Assembly: GCA_964446595.1 (NCBI GenBank)
Contig: CAYUPY010000001.1
Coordinates: forward strand, 4,450 to 65,566
Source of the DNA: an uncultured Candidatus Saccharibacteria bacterium
GTDB lineage: Bacteria; Patescibacteriota; Dojkabacteria; J137; JAEUSD01
DNA length: 61,117 nucleotides
Reading direction: 5' to 3'
Shown here: in pieces, positions 18,903 to 27,878 of the stretch
Position numbering within the stretch: the first letter of the stretch is position 1
How the letters are laid out: every line of letters starts with the position of its first letter
Notes under the pieces: generated by a model
Database searches by the model: none
The model's input: only the letters and a program-made list of their open reading frames with translations
What the model was told of the DNA's origin: nothing
Translations under genes and position numbers: made by a program

Positions 18903-20176
18903 TCGTGCACAGCATTTTCAGCTGCTATCTTGCCATAGACGAGCGCACTCTGCCGCAGAGTGCGCTCTTGCGTCTCCCGATTTACGCTCGCCAACCCAAA
19001 CCTGGGCCACCAACCCTTATCCCACTCAAAATTGTCCATCAATGACCAGTGGAAATACCCTCTTACAGCTGCACCTTCCGCAATAGCGCCTTGTAGGCTA
19101 CGTAATGACTCTAAAATAAACCAAGCTCTATTTTTATCATCTGCATCCGCCAATCCGTGTTCTGTAATATAGACAGGCTTTTTCATATCCTGGTAAGCAT
19201 CTAGGGCCACGATACCTAAGCCTTGAGGATACAGTTCCCAACCTAAGTCGGACATATACTCAAAATTGTGTTCCATCCCTTTTTTAAACTTAAATCGGAA
19301 ATAATGATTAAGTGCCACAAAATCAAAACTACCATGTACGAGGTTTATAAAATAATGGTTTAGGAGGTAATCATATACTCCAGCCAATAAGTGCCCTTTC
19401 AGCCCAATACCAGGACGGCGTTGCACTAGGGCTATATTATCCACCACTGAAACCTGAAAGCGATGATCTACTGATTTGATTGCATAGTAAGCTTCTTGGT
19501 GAGCTTTGGCCATTCTGTTCAAGGCCCTGTAAAACTCAAATAAGTGCCAATGCCGCGTAGGTGGCACACCACCAACAACGTAAAACATTACTGCATACTG
19601 CACGGGTTCATTGAGGGTCATCCAGAATTTCACTAAGTCTTTGTATTCTGAAGTCACCCGCTTGGCATAGCGCACAAATAGCTTAATTGCATCCTTTTGC
19701 AGCCAGCCACCATTTGCTGAAAACCAACGGGGCAAGGTGTAATGATTTAGTGTCACAAAAGGTTCAATCCCTCTGTCACGGAGAGCCTTAATCATTAAGC
19801 GATAATGATCTATTGCTTTTTGATCAAAAACCCCAGGCTCCGGTTCAATCCTTGCCCAAGAAATAGAGAATCTGTAAGCATTTAAGTTTATTTCCTTAAG
19901 AAGATCAAAGTCTTGTTCATATAATTGAAGGTGATTTACACCCTCGCCAGAAATATAGTTTCCGGGATTTTCAGCTTCTTTACGAAATCTCTCCCATTCT
20001 GGAGGCATAGCGCCCACAATAGATGCTTGATTGCGAATACGTTTTTCTGCAGTCACAGCTAAAGCGTCAGCTTCCTGATGTTCCCATTCACTCCAATCAT
20101 CAACGGTATTTCCTTCAACTTGGTGATCAGAAGTCGCTGCCCCCCAGAAAAAACCCTCTGGAAATTCTAATTTCAT
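18899..20176 (-). CDS. glycoside hydrolase family 1 beta-glucosidase
   Basis: FPEGFFWGAATSDHQVEG, acid/base TLNEP, nucleophile region YITEHG, and WSLMDNFEW. Confidence 0.9.
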   Translation of the reverse strand: MKLEFPEGFFWGAATSDHQVEGNTVDDWSEWEHQEADALAVTAEKRIRNQASIVGAMPPEWERFRKEAENPGNYISGEGVNHLQLYEQDFDLLKEINLNAYRFSISWARIEPEPGVFDQKAIDHYRLMIKALRDRGIEPFVTLNHYTLPRWFSANGGWLQKDAIKLFVRYAKRVTSEYKDLVKFWMTLNEPVQYAVMFYVVGGVPPTRHWHLFEFYRALNRMAKAHQEAYYAIKSVDHRFQVSVVDNIALVQRRPGIGLKGHLLAGVYDYLLNHYFINLVHGSFDFVALNHYFRFKFKKGMEHNFEYMSDLGWELYPQGLGIVALDAYQDMKKPVYITEHGLADADDKNRAWFILESLRSLQGAIAEGAAVRGYFHWSLMDNFEWDKGWWPRFGLASVNRETQERTLRQSALVYGKIAAENAVHD

Positions 20177-20224
20177 ATCCCATTATTACATGAAAGTGAT
20201 AACATTTCATGAAGGAGCAAAAAT

Positions 20225-20665
20225 ATGATTAAAGATACCAAAACTGAATCTGTAATGTCGTATCCTCGCCCGCCGATAGTAAGAGAATGTCATTTGCCGA
20301 TCTTAATTAAGTCCGACTCCCAACTGATTACAGAAACAAAACTTAGCTACCAAGTATTAGAAAAAACTCATCCACCTAGCTATTACATTCGCAAACAAGA
20401 CATAAATATGCACCTTTTTGAACAAACTGATTACCATACTACTTGCGAATTTAAGGGGATTGCTACCTATTGGAACCTTAAAGGCACTGCCAAAACTTAT
20501 GTGGCTTGGAGCTATGAAGATCCAACACCTCACTACCAGATAATTAAAGGGCTTTTGTCGTTTTATCCACATGAATTTGATGAGGTGAGGGTAAATGGTG
20601 AAAAAGTTAAGTCAGAAGACGTAGACTTTTACGGGGGATGGTGGACTAGTTGGATAACTGGGTAG
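20225..20665 (+). CDS. DUF427 domain protein
   Basis: CEFKGIATYWNL matches the DUF427 C-x-x-KG-x-A-x-YW signature. Size is about 146 aa. Confidence 0.65.
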   Translation: MIKDTKTESVMSYPRPPIVRECHLPILIKSDSQLITETKLSYQVLEKTHPPSYYIRKQDINMHLFEQTDYHTTCEFKGIATYWNLKGTAKTYVAWSYEDPTPHYQIIKGLLSFYPHEFDEVRVNGEKVKSEDVDFYGGWWTSWITG

Positions 20666-21191
20666 GCTGACCCTTCTTTAACTCGTCCAATTCTTGCTCC
20701 AAATGATGAATCCTTCGTTCCAGCTTTAAAGAGGCACTAGCACCAAAAGTAGCATAGCTTAAGTACACCAATAATAACATCACGGCCAAAGATAAAAACA
20801 CAGCAAGTCCGCGGTAAACATCAGTTAATGCTGCGACCATGCCCGCATAAACTTCGGCCTCAAAGTAGCCTGGCTGTACCGGCTCAACCTCTGTCTCCTC
20901 ATTGCGGCCGCTGAAAAAGTCATCAATACCATCCAGAATATTCTGGGGATTTAAGCTTTCAATACGGGCATCAATTGATTGAAATGAGCTCAAGAGACCA
21001 ACACTCTGTAATGAGTTGTCGGCGAGGGCAGTGAAGGGCGCCGCCCAAAAAAGGCCTATTACGCATATAGCCATTGCCAGCACGAATAAGGCCTTTAGCA
21101 TAAAGTCGGCGCCCAGCAGAATCTGTTTCTTCACCACAAATACCACCACCAAGACTGCCATTATGGCCAAAATAATTGCTGTTATCTGCAT
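20646..21191 (-). CDS. membrane protein (181 aa), abutting the RND gene
   Basis: Three hydrophobic segments and a C-terminal coiled coil. The start is directly adjacent to the RND stop. Confidence 0.5.
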   Translation of the reverse strand: MQITAIILAIMAVLVVVFVVKKQILLGADFMLKALFVLAMAICVIGLFWAAPFTALADNSLQSVGLLSSFQSIDARIESLNPQNILDGIDDFFSGRNEETEVEPVQPGYFEAEVYAGMVAALTDVYRGLAVFLSLAVMLLLVYLSYATFGASASLKLERRIHHLEQELDELKKGQPTQLSN

Positions 21192-23936
21192 TTAATCCTC
21201 TTCTCCTTCATTTCTACTAAATAGCGCATACAACCTTATTCTAACTGATTCTAGAGCCATGTAGTAGGCCGGAAAAGCTAAAATTACTAACAGAGTACTT
21301 GCTGCCAACCCAAAGATAATTGTAAAAGCTAAACTCTCCCAGAAAGGATCTGTTACTGCCAAAGGTAAAAGCCCTGCAATTGTAGTCACGGAAGTGGTCA
21401 CCAGAGGACGGAAGCGTAAACGCACAGTCTCAGTAATGGCATCCACCAAGTTTTTACCTTGTTGCCGCAACTGGTTAGCATAGTCAACTAACAGAATAGT
21501 ATTATTTACAACTATACCGGCGAGTGCAATTATCCCAATCATCACAAAGAAACTTAACGGATTATTGGTTACCGACAAGCCAGGAATCACTCCAGCCAGC
21601 GCAAATGGAATAGCTGCAAAAATTAGTAAAGGCTGTGTAAACGAGTTAAATAACACCACTAAAAGTCCATACATGATTACCAGGGCCGCCATAAAAGCAA
21701 TTCCAGTTTGGATAAATGATTCTAAGTTATCTGACTCAATACCCTGATCAAATCCTAGGGCATCGGAAGCTAAATTTAACGTCTCTAACCTATCTTCATC
21801 AAAAGCAGCCTTAATTTCAGATTCTAGATCTTGAAGTACTTCGGAAGTCACATCATCTTCACTAAACCTCGCCTGGATTTGTACAAATCTTCGGCCGTCA
21901 AGTTTATTAATACCTTCTAAATCACCCACAATGACTTCCTCTACTTCCAGTCTAGTATCGCTCACCTCGTTTTCATAAACATAACTTTCAATAAAGTCAC
22001 TTAAGGTACTTGTGGCAACTTCTAAATCAGCAGTCTGGGCATCATAGACCTGCATTTGAAATGGGAACTCGTTTGAAGGAGGGCCTGCAGAAATGATTCC
22101 TGCTGTTACTTTTGCGTCCTCATAATTCTCAAAATCTGCATTTAATTGTGCGACCAATTCTGGTGCAGTGATTTCACGTTCTTCCATAGGGGAGAGCTGA
22201 ATTTGAATTGAGTAACCAGACGTATTAGGCCCTGCAGCACCAAACCCACCAAAGTAACTTCCATACTCTACATGTTCACCAATTTGATAAATAATATCCT
22301 CCACCTCTCGAGCGCGCTCTATGGCCTGAGGTATCGTTAGCTCTTGACTATCGGTAAAATTAACACTGACGCTAATTGCCTCTGAGTCCTTTTCAGTAGG
22401 GAAAATATCAAATTGTAATCGAGGACCAAAGAAACTAACATTCACAAATAGTACGACCAACGAAACAACGATCACCGCCAGCACTAAAGGCCAGCTTTTC
22501 ACATAAGTATTTACGAAACGCGCTACGGCGGCGCCAACAAAATCTATAATGCCGCCGCCAAAGTTCAAAATTCTGTACCATGGCTGACGTCGCTGCTTTT
22601 CGGTAGTGGAGATTAATAACAAGTCTGCTAACCATGTAAACACGGTCAACGCTGCTATTAGCGAAATCGCCAAAGTCAATATAACTGTAATTGGTATTAG
22701 GGTAATAAACTCACCTAAAATCCCCCCGATCGCCAACATTGGTACAAAGACTGCCAATGTTGTAAGTGTACCCAAAGCATCGGCTACACCAATTTTTTGA
22801 ATAGCTTCCTTTACAGCCTTCACTCCTTTTTGACCAGCACGCTTTTCTTGATCAATTGCCTCTACAACTACAATAATATCGTCCACTAACAATCCAATTA
22901 CCAGAATTAGCCCAAACAAAGAAATCACGTTCAAGGTATACCCCATTAAATAGAGAGAAAAGAAAACCCCCGAAAGCACAAATGGCAAAAACAATGCTGA
23001 TACTAAAGCCGCGCGCCAATTAATAAACAAAAGCACAACTATCACAATTACTAACAGAGCAGAAAGCGTATTTTGTTCGAGTGACGTAATTTGATTGTTC
23101 AGCTCCACAGCAATATCTGCACCATAAACAATCGTAGTTTCCGCGGAGATTACCTCATCATCGCGTAATCCCTGCACTGCATTACGTACTGCCTCAGATA
23201 ACTGCACTGCGTCAAAGCCCTCAGCCTTATTTAGGCCTACATTTATTGCAGGAGCCACCTTTAATTCATCTTCACCTGAAGTACTCTCTTCACGATAAAG
23301 CACCCGCGAAAAAGCGACTCTTTCTTCGGTGGTTTGATTTGTGAAAGGATTTGTACGTTCCTCAAACTGTTGTTTTACCTCTATTTCGTCAACTTCATTT
23401 AATTCACTCAACTCAGCAACTATTTTATTTGCCACCTTTTCCAGCTCAGTCAGATTAAGCTCAGGGTTAGAAACGGAAAAAATAAACTCATACACACCAT
23501 CAGCCGAAGCAGCATCAATAGCTGAAACAAAGACGTTAGCAGCTTGTGGTAATGCAAATTTATCCACGATCGCTTCCACCTCTGTAGCGCCTTCTGCCGA
23601 AGTCGTATCTTCCGTAAATCTGACAGACAAACTAAACCCATTAGCCGTAGTAGACGAATTAATTGATTCTACTATCTCTAAATCCGTAATAGCATCTTCC
23701 AGCGGTTTAGTGAGTTTATTATTAACTACACTAACATCATCTACAAAATAACTACCTTGCACAAACGCAATCGGGAACTGGATCTCAGGGAAACCTTCCC
23801 GCTTTAGCAGTGTAGTATAACTAACAAGACCGGCAACAAACACAGCCAATAAAATTAAAATAGAAGCGCGAGAATTCTTTACAAACCAACCGGAGACGCG
23901 CGCAATTGCATTATATTTTGGTGCTTTCATAGACAT
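21192..23936 (-). CDS. RND-superfamily efflux/export permease (AcrB-like, 914 aa)
   Basis: 12-TM layout with two large loops. TM4-like motif LVIGLLVDDIIVVVEAI and a second-half repeat. Confidence 0.85.
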   Translation of the reverse strand: MSMKAPKYNAIARVSGWFVKNSRASILILLAVFVAGLVSYTTLLKREGFPEIQFPIAFVQGSYFVDDVSVVNNKLTKPLEDAITDLEIVESINSSTTANGFSLSVRFTEDTTSAEGATEVEAIVDKFALPQAANVFVSAIDAASADGVYEFIFSVSNPELNLTELEKVANKIVAELSELNEVDEIEVKQQFEERTNPFTNQTTEERVAFSRVLYREESTSGEDELKVAPAINVGLNKAEGFDAVQLSEAVRNAVQGLRDDEVISAETTIVYGADIAVELNNQITSLEQNTLSALLVIVIVVLLFINWRAALVSALFLPFVLSGVFFSLYLMGYTLNVISLFGLILVIGLLVDDIIVVVEAIDQEKRAGQKGVKAVKEAIQKIGVADALGTLTTLAVFVPMLAIGGILGEFITLIPITVILTLAISLIAALTVFTWLADLLLISTTEKQRRQPWYRILNFGGGIIDFVGAAVARFVNTYVKSWPLVLAVIVVSLVVLFVNVSFFGPRLQFDIFPTEKDSEAISVSVNFTDSQELTIPQAIERAREVEDIIYQIGEHVEYGSYFGGFGAAGPNTSGYSIQIQLSPMEEREITAPELVAQLNADFENYEDAKVTAGIISAGPPSNEFPFQMQVYDAQTADLEVATSTLSDFIESYVYENEVSDTRLEVEEVIVGDLEGINKLDGRRFVQIQARFSEDDVTSEVLQDLESEIKAAFDEDRLETLNLASDALGFDQGIESDNLESFIQTGIAFMAALVIMYGLLVVLFNSFTQPLLIFAAIPFALAGVIPGLSVTNNPLSFFVMIGIIALAGIVVNNTILLVDYANQLRQQGKNLVDAITETVRLRFRPLVTTSVTTIAGLLPLAVTDPFWESLAFTIIFGLAASTLLVILAFPAYYMALESVRIRLYALFSRNEGEED

Positions 23937-23997
23937 TTTGGAGTAAGTTTAAAATCAAAATGAGTATATCACCACCTCAAATTCTTGGCTCTAAAAA

Positions 23998-24879
23998 CTA
24001 TTTTCCAAAACGGGAATAGACCCCGTACACAATATTTACGAGAATGCCTACAAATACGGCCCCCACCGCTAATAATAAATCGAGTGGGGCATCGGCGGTG
24101 AGCGAAAAGCGAATCAAAATTGTAGAAATAATAAACATCGCGTTGCGGTATACAACCTGGTACTTCTCCATAAATGCATATGAAAGAAGCACAATCAGCA
24201 CATCTGTAAAAATCATCACCGTAAACAGAGTACTAAAGTATTGATCCTGCACATCATAAATACTGATCACACTTCCTGTAGAAACATCTATCACCCAGCC
24301 AAAGAAATAGTACATCCCAAGCAACACGAGAATAACGGACAACGTAAGTGCAATTGTCTTTTTAGCATTCACAAACAAAAGTTTAGACTTGTCTGACACA
24401 AAAAAATCCTCATCCTTTTCGCAAATCTTGCCTGTAAACTTGAAGGCGGCCACCAAAGCAAACAAAACGACGGCCGCCACAATATCCAACCCAATATTCA
24501 TCAAAATATCCCCTTGAGTAGACACAGCCTCTACACTAGTCAAATCGGAAGCATCTTTAAAAACACCCCACAACACAATCAAAGAAATCACCTGATACTG
24601 CCTGATAATCGAAGTTGTAATATTATTGGGGATTGCCGCAATCAACAAATACACCTCGAAGAGTAGAATTACTGCAAACGGTGTAAACACTGCAGATAAA
24701 TAGTTTTCCCCCAGAGCCGACACAATCGGGAGGAAACTTAGTCCTAGATTATTAAACCAAATAACCACCAAATGGAGAATAAACAAAGTGACTGCAATGA
24801 AAACTATCACTTTTTGCACCTTGCGAATGTTTTCTTCGCAAAAAAGGTCATTATAAAGTTTCAACACGGGCTTCACCAT
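23998..24879 (-). CDS. polytopic membrane protein (293 aa), unknown function
   Basis: At least six hydrophobic segments. No motif recognised. Confidence 0.55.
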   Translation of the reverse strand: MVKPVLKLYNDLFCEENIRKVQKVIVFIAVTLFILHLVVIWFNNLGLSFLPIVSALGENYLSAVFTPFAVILLFEVYLLIAAIPNNITTSIIRQYQVISLIVLWGVFKDASDLTSVEAVSTQGDILMNIGLDIVAAVVLFALVAAFKFTGKICEKDEDFFVSDKSKLLFVNAKKTIALTLSVILVLLGMYYFFGWVIDVSTGSVISIYDVQDQYFSTLFTVMIFTDVLIVLLSYAFMEKYQVVYRNAMFIISTILIRFSLTADAPLDLLLAVGAVFVGILVNIVYGVYSRFGK

Positions 24880-24932
24880 GACAAGATTCTAACATGCGAT
24901 CGCTACTTTTAATGTTGAAAACCTAGATTCCT

Positions 24933-24976
24933 AAATTTACTTCTAGAAGTAAATTTTAGTTCTAGAAGTAAATTCA
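24933..24976. promoter_or_regulatory. 24-nt perfect palindrome plus an extra half-site in the divergent intergenic region upstream of eno
   Basis: AAATTTACTTCTAGAAGTAAATTT at 24933-24956, then AGTTCTAGAAGTAAATTCA at 24958-24976. Confidence 0.5.
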
Positions 24977-25044
24977 AAGTAATGCATTTGACTAACTTTC
25001 CCCGCAGGGATAACCTATTAAAGATATTTTTGAACAGTATATTA

Positions 25045-26289
25045 ATGGCTCAAATTACAGATATTCTGGCCCGTCAAATTTTGGATTCTCGGGGCAATCC
25101 TACAGTTGAAGTTGATGTTTTGCTGGATGATAATAGCTTTGGAAGAGCAGCGGTACCTAGTGGGGCCTCCACCGGTGCGCACGAAGCACTTGAACTGCGT
25201 GATGGCGATAAAAGCAAATACCTAGGTAAATCCGTAGAAAAAGCAGTAGAAAACGCCCGCACTACGATCCTGGAGGCAGTAAAGGGTAAAGATTTTGAAG
25301 AACAAAGTGAACTGGATTCCTTTTTGAATGAACTAGATGGAACTGAAAATAAAGGTAACTTGGGTGCAAACGCCATTTTAGGTGTATCATTGGCGTTCGC
25401 CTGGGCTAACGCCAACTCTCGTGAACAAAGTTTGTTTGAGTACATCGGTGATGTTTATGAAACAGAAGACTACAGTCTTCCCAGACCAATGTTCAACATT
25501 ATGAATGGTGGTAAGCACGCTAACTGGTCAACTGACATTCAAGAGTTTATGGTAATTTCTCATGCGGAAATGTTCTCCGAGCAAATACAAATGGGTGTGG
25601 AAATTTTTCAACACCTAGGCAAACTTTTGGAGGCGAAAGGGCTTTCTACAAATATCGGTAATGAAGGGGGATATGCTCCTGGATTTAGCTCTAATCAAGA
25701 AGCTTTCGAGATTATTTCTCAGGCAGTGGAAAAAGCTGGCTATCGATTAGGAGAAGATGTTTCTTTTGCTCTTGATGTTGCTGCTAGCGAATTTTATGAT
25801 GCTGAGCGCAATTTGTATGTTCTGAAAACTGAAGACCGAGAGTTGACCACCGCTGAGTGGAGTAGTTATTTAGACGAATTAATGGGAAAGTACCCTTTAA
25901 TTAGTATTGAGGATCCGTTTGGGGAGGATCATTGGGAGGCGTGGCAAGAGTTCCATGCTACCCACAAAGAATTGCAACTTGTAGGAGATGATCTTTTGGT
26001 GACCAATAAAGACCGCGTTTCCAAGGCTATCGACACTGAAAGTTGTAACGCACTACTCGTAAAGGTCAACCAGATTGGTACTCTTACAGAGACTCTAGAA
26101 GCAATGTGCACAGCACAAAAGGCTGGTTGGAATAATGTAGTCTCCCACCGCAGTGGTGAAACCGAAGATGTCACAATCTCACACCTAGCGGTTGGAACTG
26201 CTTGCGGGCAAATCAAAACTGGTGCTCCAAGTAGAGGCGAACGCACCGCTAAGTACAACGAATTGATCCGCATTGCTGAAGAACTGTAA
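25045..26289 (+). CDS. eno: enolase
   Basis: ILDSRGNPTVEVDV, SGASTGAHEALELRDGD, and SHRSGETEDVTISHLAVG. The ATG at 25045 gives the canonical N-terminus MAQITDI. Confidence 0.96.
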   Translation: MAQITDILARQILDSRGNPTVEVDVLLDDNSFGRAAVPSGASTGAHEALELRDGDKSKYLGKSVEKAVENARTTILEAVKGKDFEEQSELDSFLNELDGTENKGNLGANAILGVSLAFAWANANSREQSLFEYIGDVYETEDYSLPRPMFNIMNGGKHANWSTDIQEFMVISHAEMFSEQIQMGVEIFQHLGKLLEAKGLSTNIGNEGGYAPGFSSNQEAFEIISQAVEKAGYRLGEDVSFALDVAASEFYDAERNLYVLKTEDRELTTAEWSSYLDELMGKYPLISIEDPFGEDHWEAWQEFHATHKELQLVGDDLLVTNKDRVSKAIDTESCNALLVKVNQIGTLTETLEAMCTAQKAGWNNVVSHRSGETEDVTISHLAVGTACGQIKTGAPSRGERTAKYNELIRIAEEL

Positions 26290-26327
26290 AAGCCCTAAAA
26301 TAAAAATATTAGTTTAAGTGAATTTTA

Positions 26328-27878
26328 ATGCTGCCCATTCGCGATAAGTTTGGTTCTAGATTATTCTTAGTGCTTACTACGCTTATCCTACTGTTGGCTA
26401 CAATCGCAGTAGGAGTAGGCGGTGAGTATTTAATCCGGCTACGTGCTCAAGATAACTTCCGCCTGCAGTTGGTTGAAACTGCAGGCAACCTACAATCCCG
26501 GCTTGATAGTTATGGCCAATTGATACTGGGAATAGAAGCATTCATTACACTTAACGATAATGTCACCCTTTCTGATCTAAACGCCTATACTGAAGGCATT
26601 AGACTAAAACGAGATTTCCAGGGGGTATCTTCAATTGGTTTGGTGAGAGGGATTACAAAAGAGGAATTACCTCAATTTCGAGATAGCTTGACTGTAGAAG
26701 TAGCAGAGTTTACTACAGGCAGAATCAACACCTTGCCGTTGATGCCTACAGGAAATGAAATTTTGACTGAGGAAAATTCAATTGACGGCAAATATTATGT
26801 AGTTGAGTATATAGGCCCAGCTACTGATGACACTTTACGCATATCTGGCCTAAACACGGCACAATTCGCCGATAGAAGACAGGCAATCATCAAAGCGTTA
26901 GGAAGCGAAAAGTCTGTCGCTACAGACAACTTAGAGTTGGCTACCGGATTAAATGGCTTCATTCTGTATAAGCGAATCGCGACACAAGACGGAAACGCCG
27001 AGGATCTAATTGCCCTATCTTTCCGTTCAAATGACTTTTACCGTGAACTACTAAAAGACTTATTAAATACTCAAGACATTCGCGTCAGCCTCAAAGAAGC
27101 TGATAATTCAGTTTTGTTTGAAGAAGGCGGTATCATTGATCCTTATTTTAAAGAAGATATCATACTTAATTTTGGCGGCCGTCAGTTTGTATTCACACTT
27201 GAGGGGGATAAAAACTTCCGCCAAATTAGCACTTCTATAAATTTGCCCTTACTGCTTTCCGCAGCAGTGGGAATTACTTCAACTCTGATCCTACTCTTCA
27301 TCATTAATTTAAATAAAACCAAAGAAGATACAGAAAAATTAGCAGCAGACTCTGCTTCTAAAGCAGAAAGGCTTGAAGATCAAATTCAGACTATTTTAGA
27401 CAATACTTCAATTATGGTTTATGTTAAAGGTAATGATGGTAAATACCAATTAGTAAATAAAGAGTTTTCACGACTAGTAGGAGAGCAGACTATTAATATG
27501 ATTGGTAAAACTGATTTTGATATTTTCCCTGCTTCGATTGCTGCCCGGATTGTCGAAAATGATCGTAAAGTAGTCAGTACAAAAGCTAGGCAGCAGTTCG
27601 AGGAAAAAATACCAAATACAAATGGCACTGAAGAGATTTACTACAGCCAAAAGTTCCCTCTGTTAAATGCCCAAAATGAAGTGTATGCTATTGGTGGAGT
27701 GTCTACCAATGTGACTGAGCAAAAGAAAAATACAGAAAAACTTGAAGAACGACGGGCCGAACTTGAAAGAGTAAATAATATGATGATTGATCGAGAGCTT
27801 AAAATGATTGAATTAAAGGAAAGAATCAAACAACTTGAACAGACAGAAGGAGGGGAACCGGATAATGAGCAAACTTGA
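26328..27878 (+). CDS. membrane sensor protein: periplasmic CHASE-like domain between two TM segments, cytoplasmic PAS and coiled coil, no kinase core
   Basis: TM1 LFLVLTTLILLLATIAVGV, TM2 LPLLLSAAVGITSTLILLFII, and a PAS segment (ILDNTSIMVYVKGNDGKYQLVNKEF...). No H-box or ATPase motifs. Confidence 0.75.
   Translation: MLPIRDKFGSRLFLVLTTLILLLATIAVGVGGEYLIRLRAQDNFRLQLVETAGNLQSRLDSYGQLILGIEAFITLNDNVTLSDLNAYTEGIRLKRDFQGVSSIGLVRGITKEELPQFRDSLTVEVAEFTTGRINTLPLMPTGNEILTEENSIDGKYYVVEYIGPATDDTLRISGLNTAQFADRRQAIIKALGSEKSVATDNLELATGLNGFILYKRIATQDGNAEDLIALSFRSNDFYRELLKDLLNTQDIRVSLKEADNSVLFEEGGIIDPYFKEDIILNFGGRQFVFTLEGDKNFRQISTSINLPLLLSAAVGITSTLILLFIINLNKTKEDTEKLAADSASKAERLEDQIQTILDNTSIMVYVKGNDGKYQLVNKEFSRLVGEQTINMIGKTDFDIFPASIAARIVENDRKVVSTKARQQFEEKIPNTNGTEEIYYSQKFPLLNAQNEVYAIGGVSTNVTEQKKNTEKLEERRAELERVNNMMIDRELKMIELKERIKQLEQTEGGEPDNEQT

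Noticed and set aside
24982-25044. Listed upstream start of the enolase ORF
   Set aside because: The 21-aa extension is not enolase-like. The canonical N-terminus MAQITDI..ILDSRGNPT begins at 25045.
27846-27855. AAGGAGG as proof that the kinase ORF is an independent gene
   Set aside because: The sequence also encodes part of the upstream protein (..TEGGEP..), and the genome otherwise lacks SD motifs. It is kept only as weak support.
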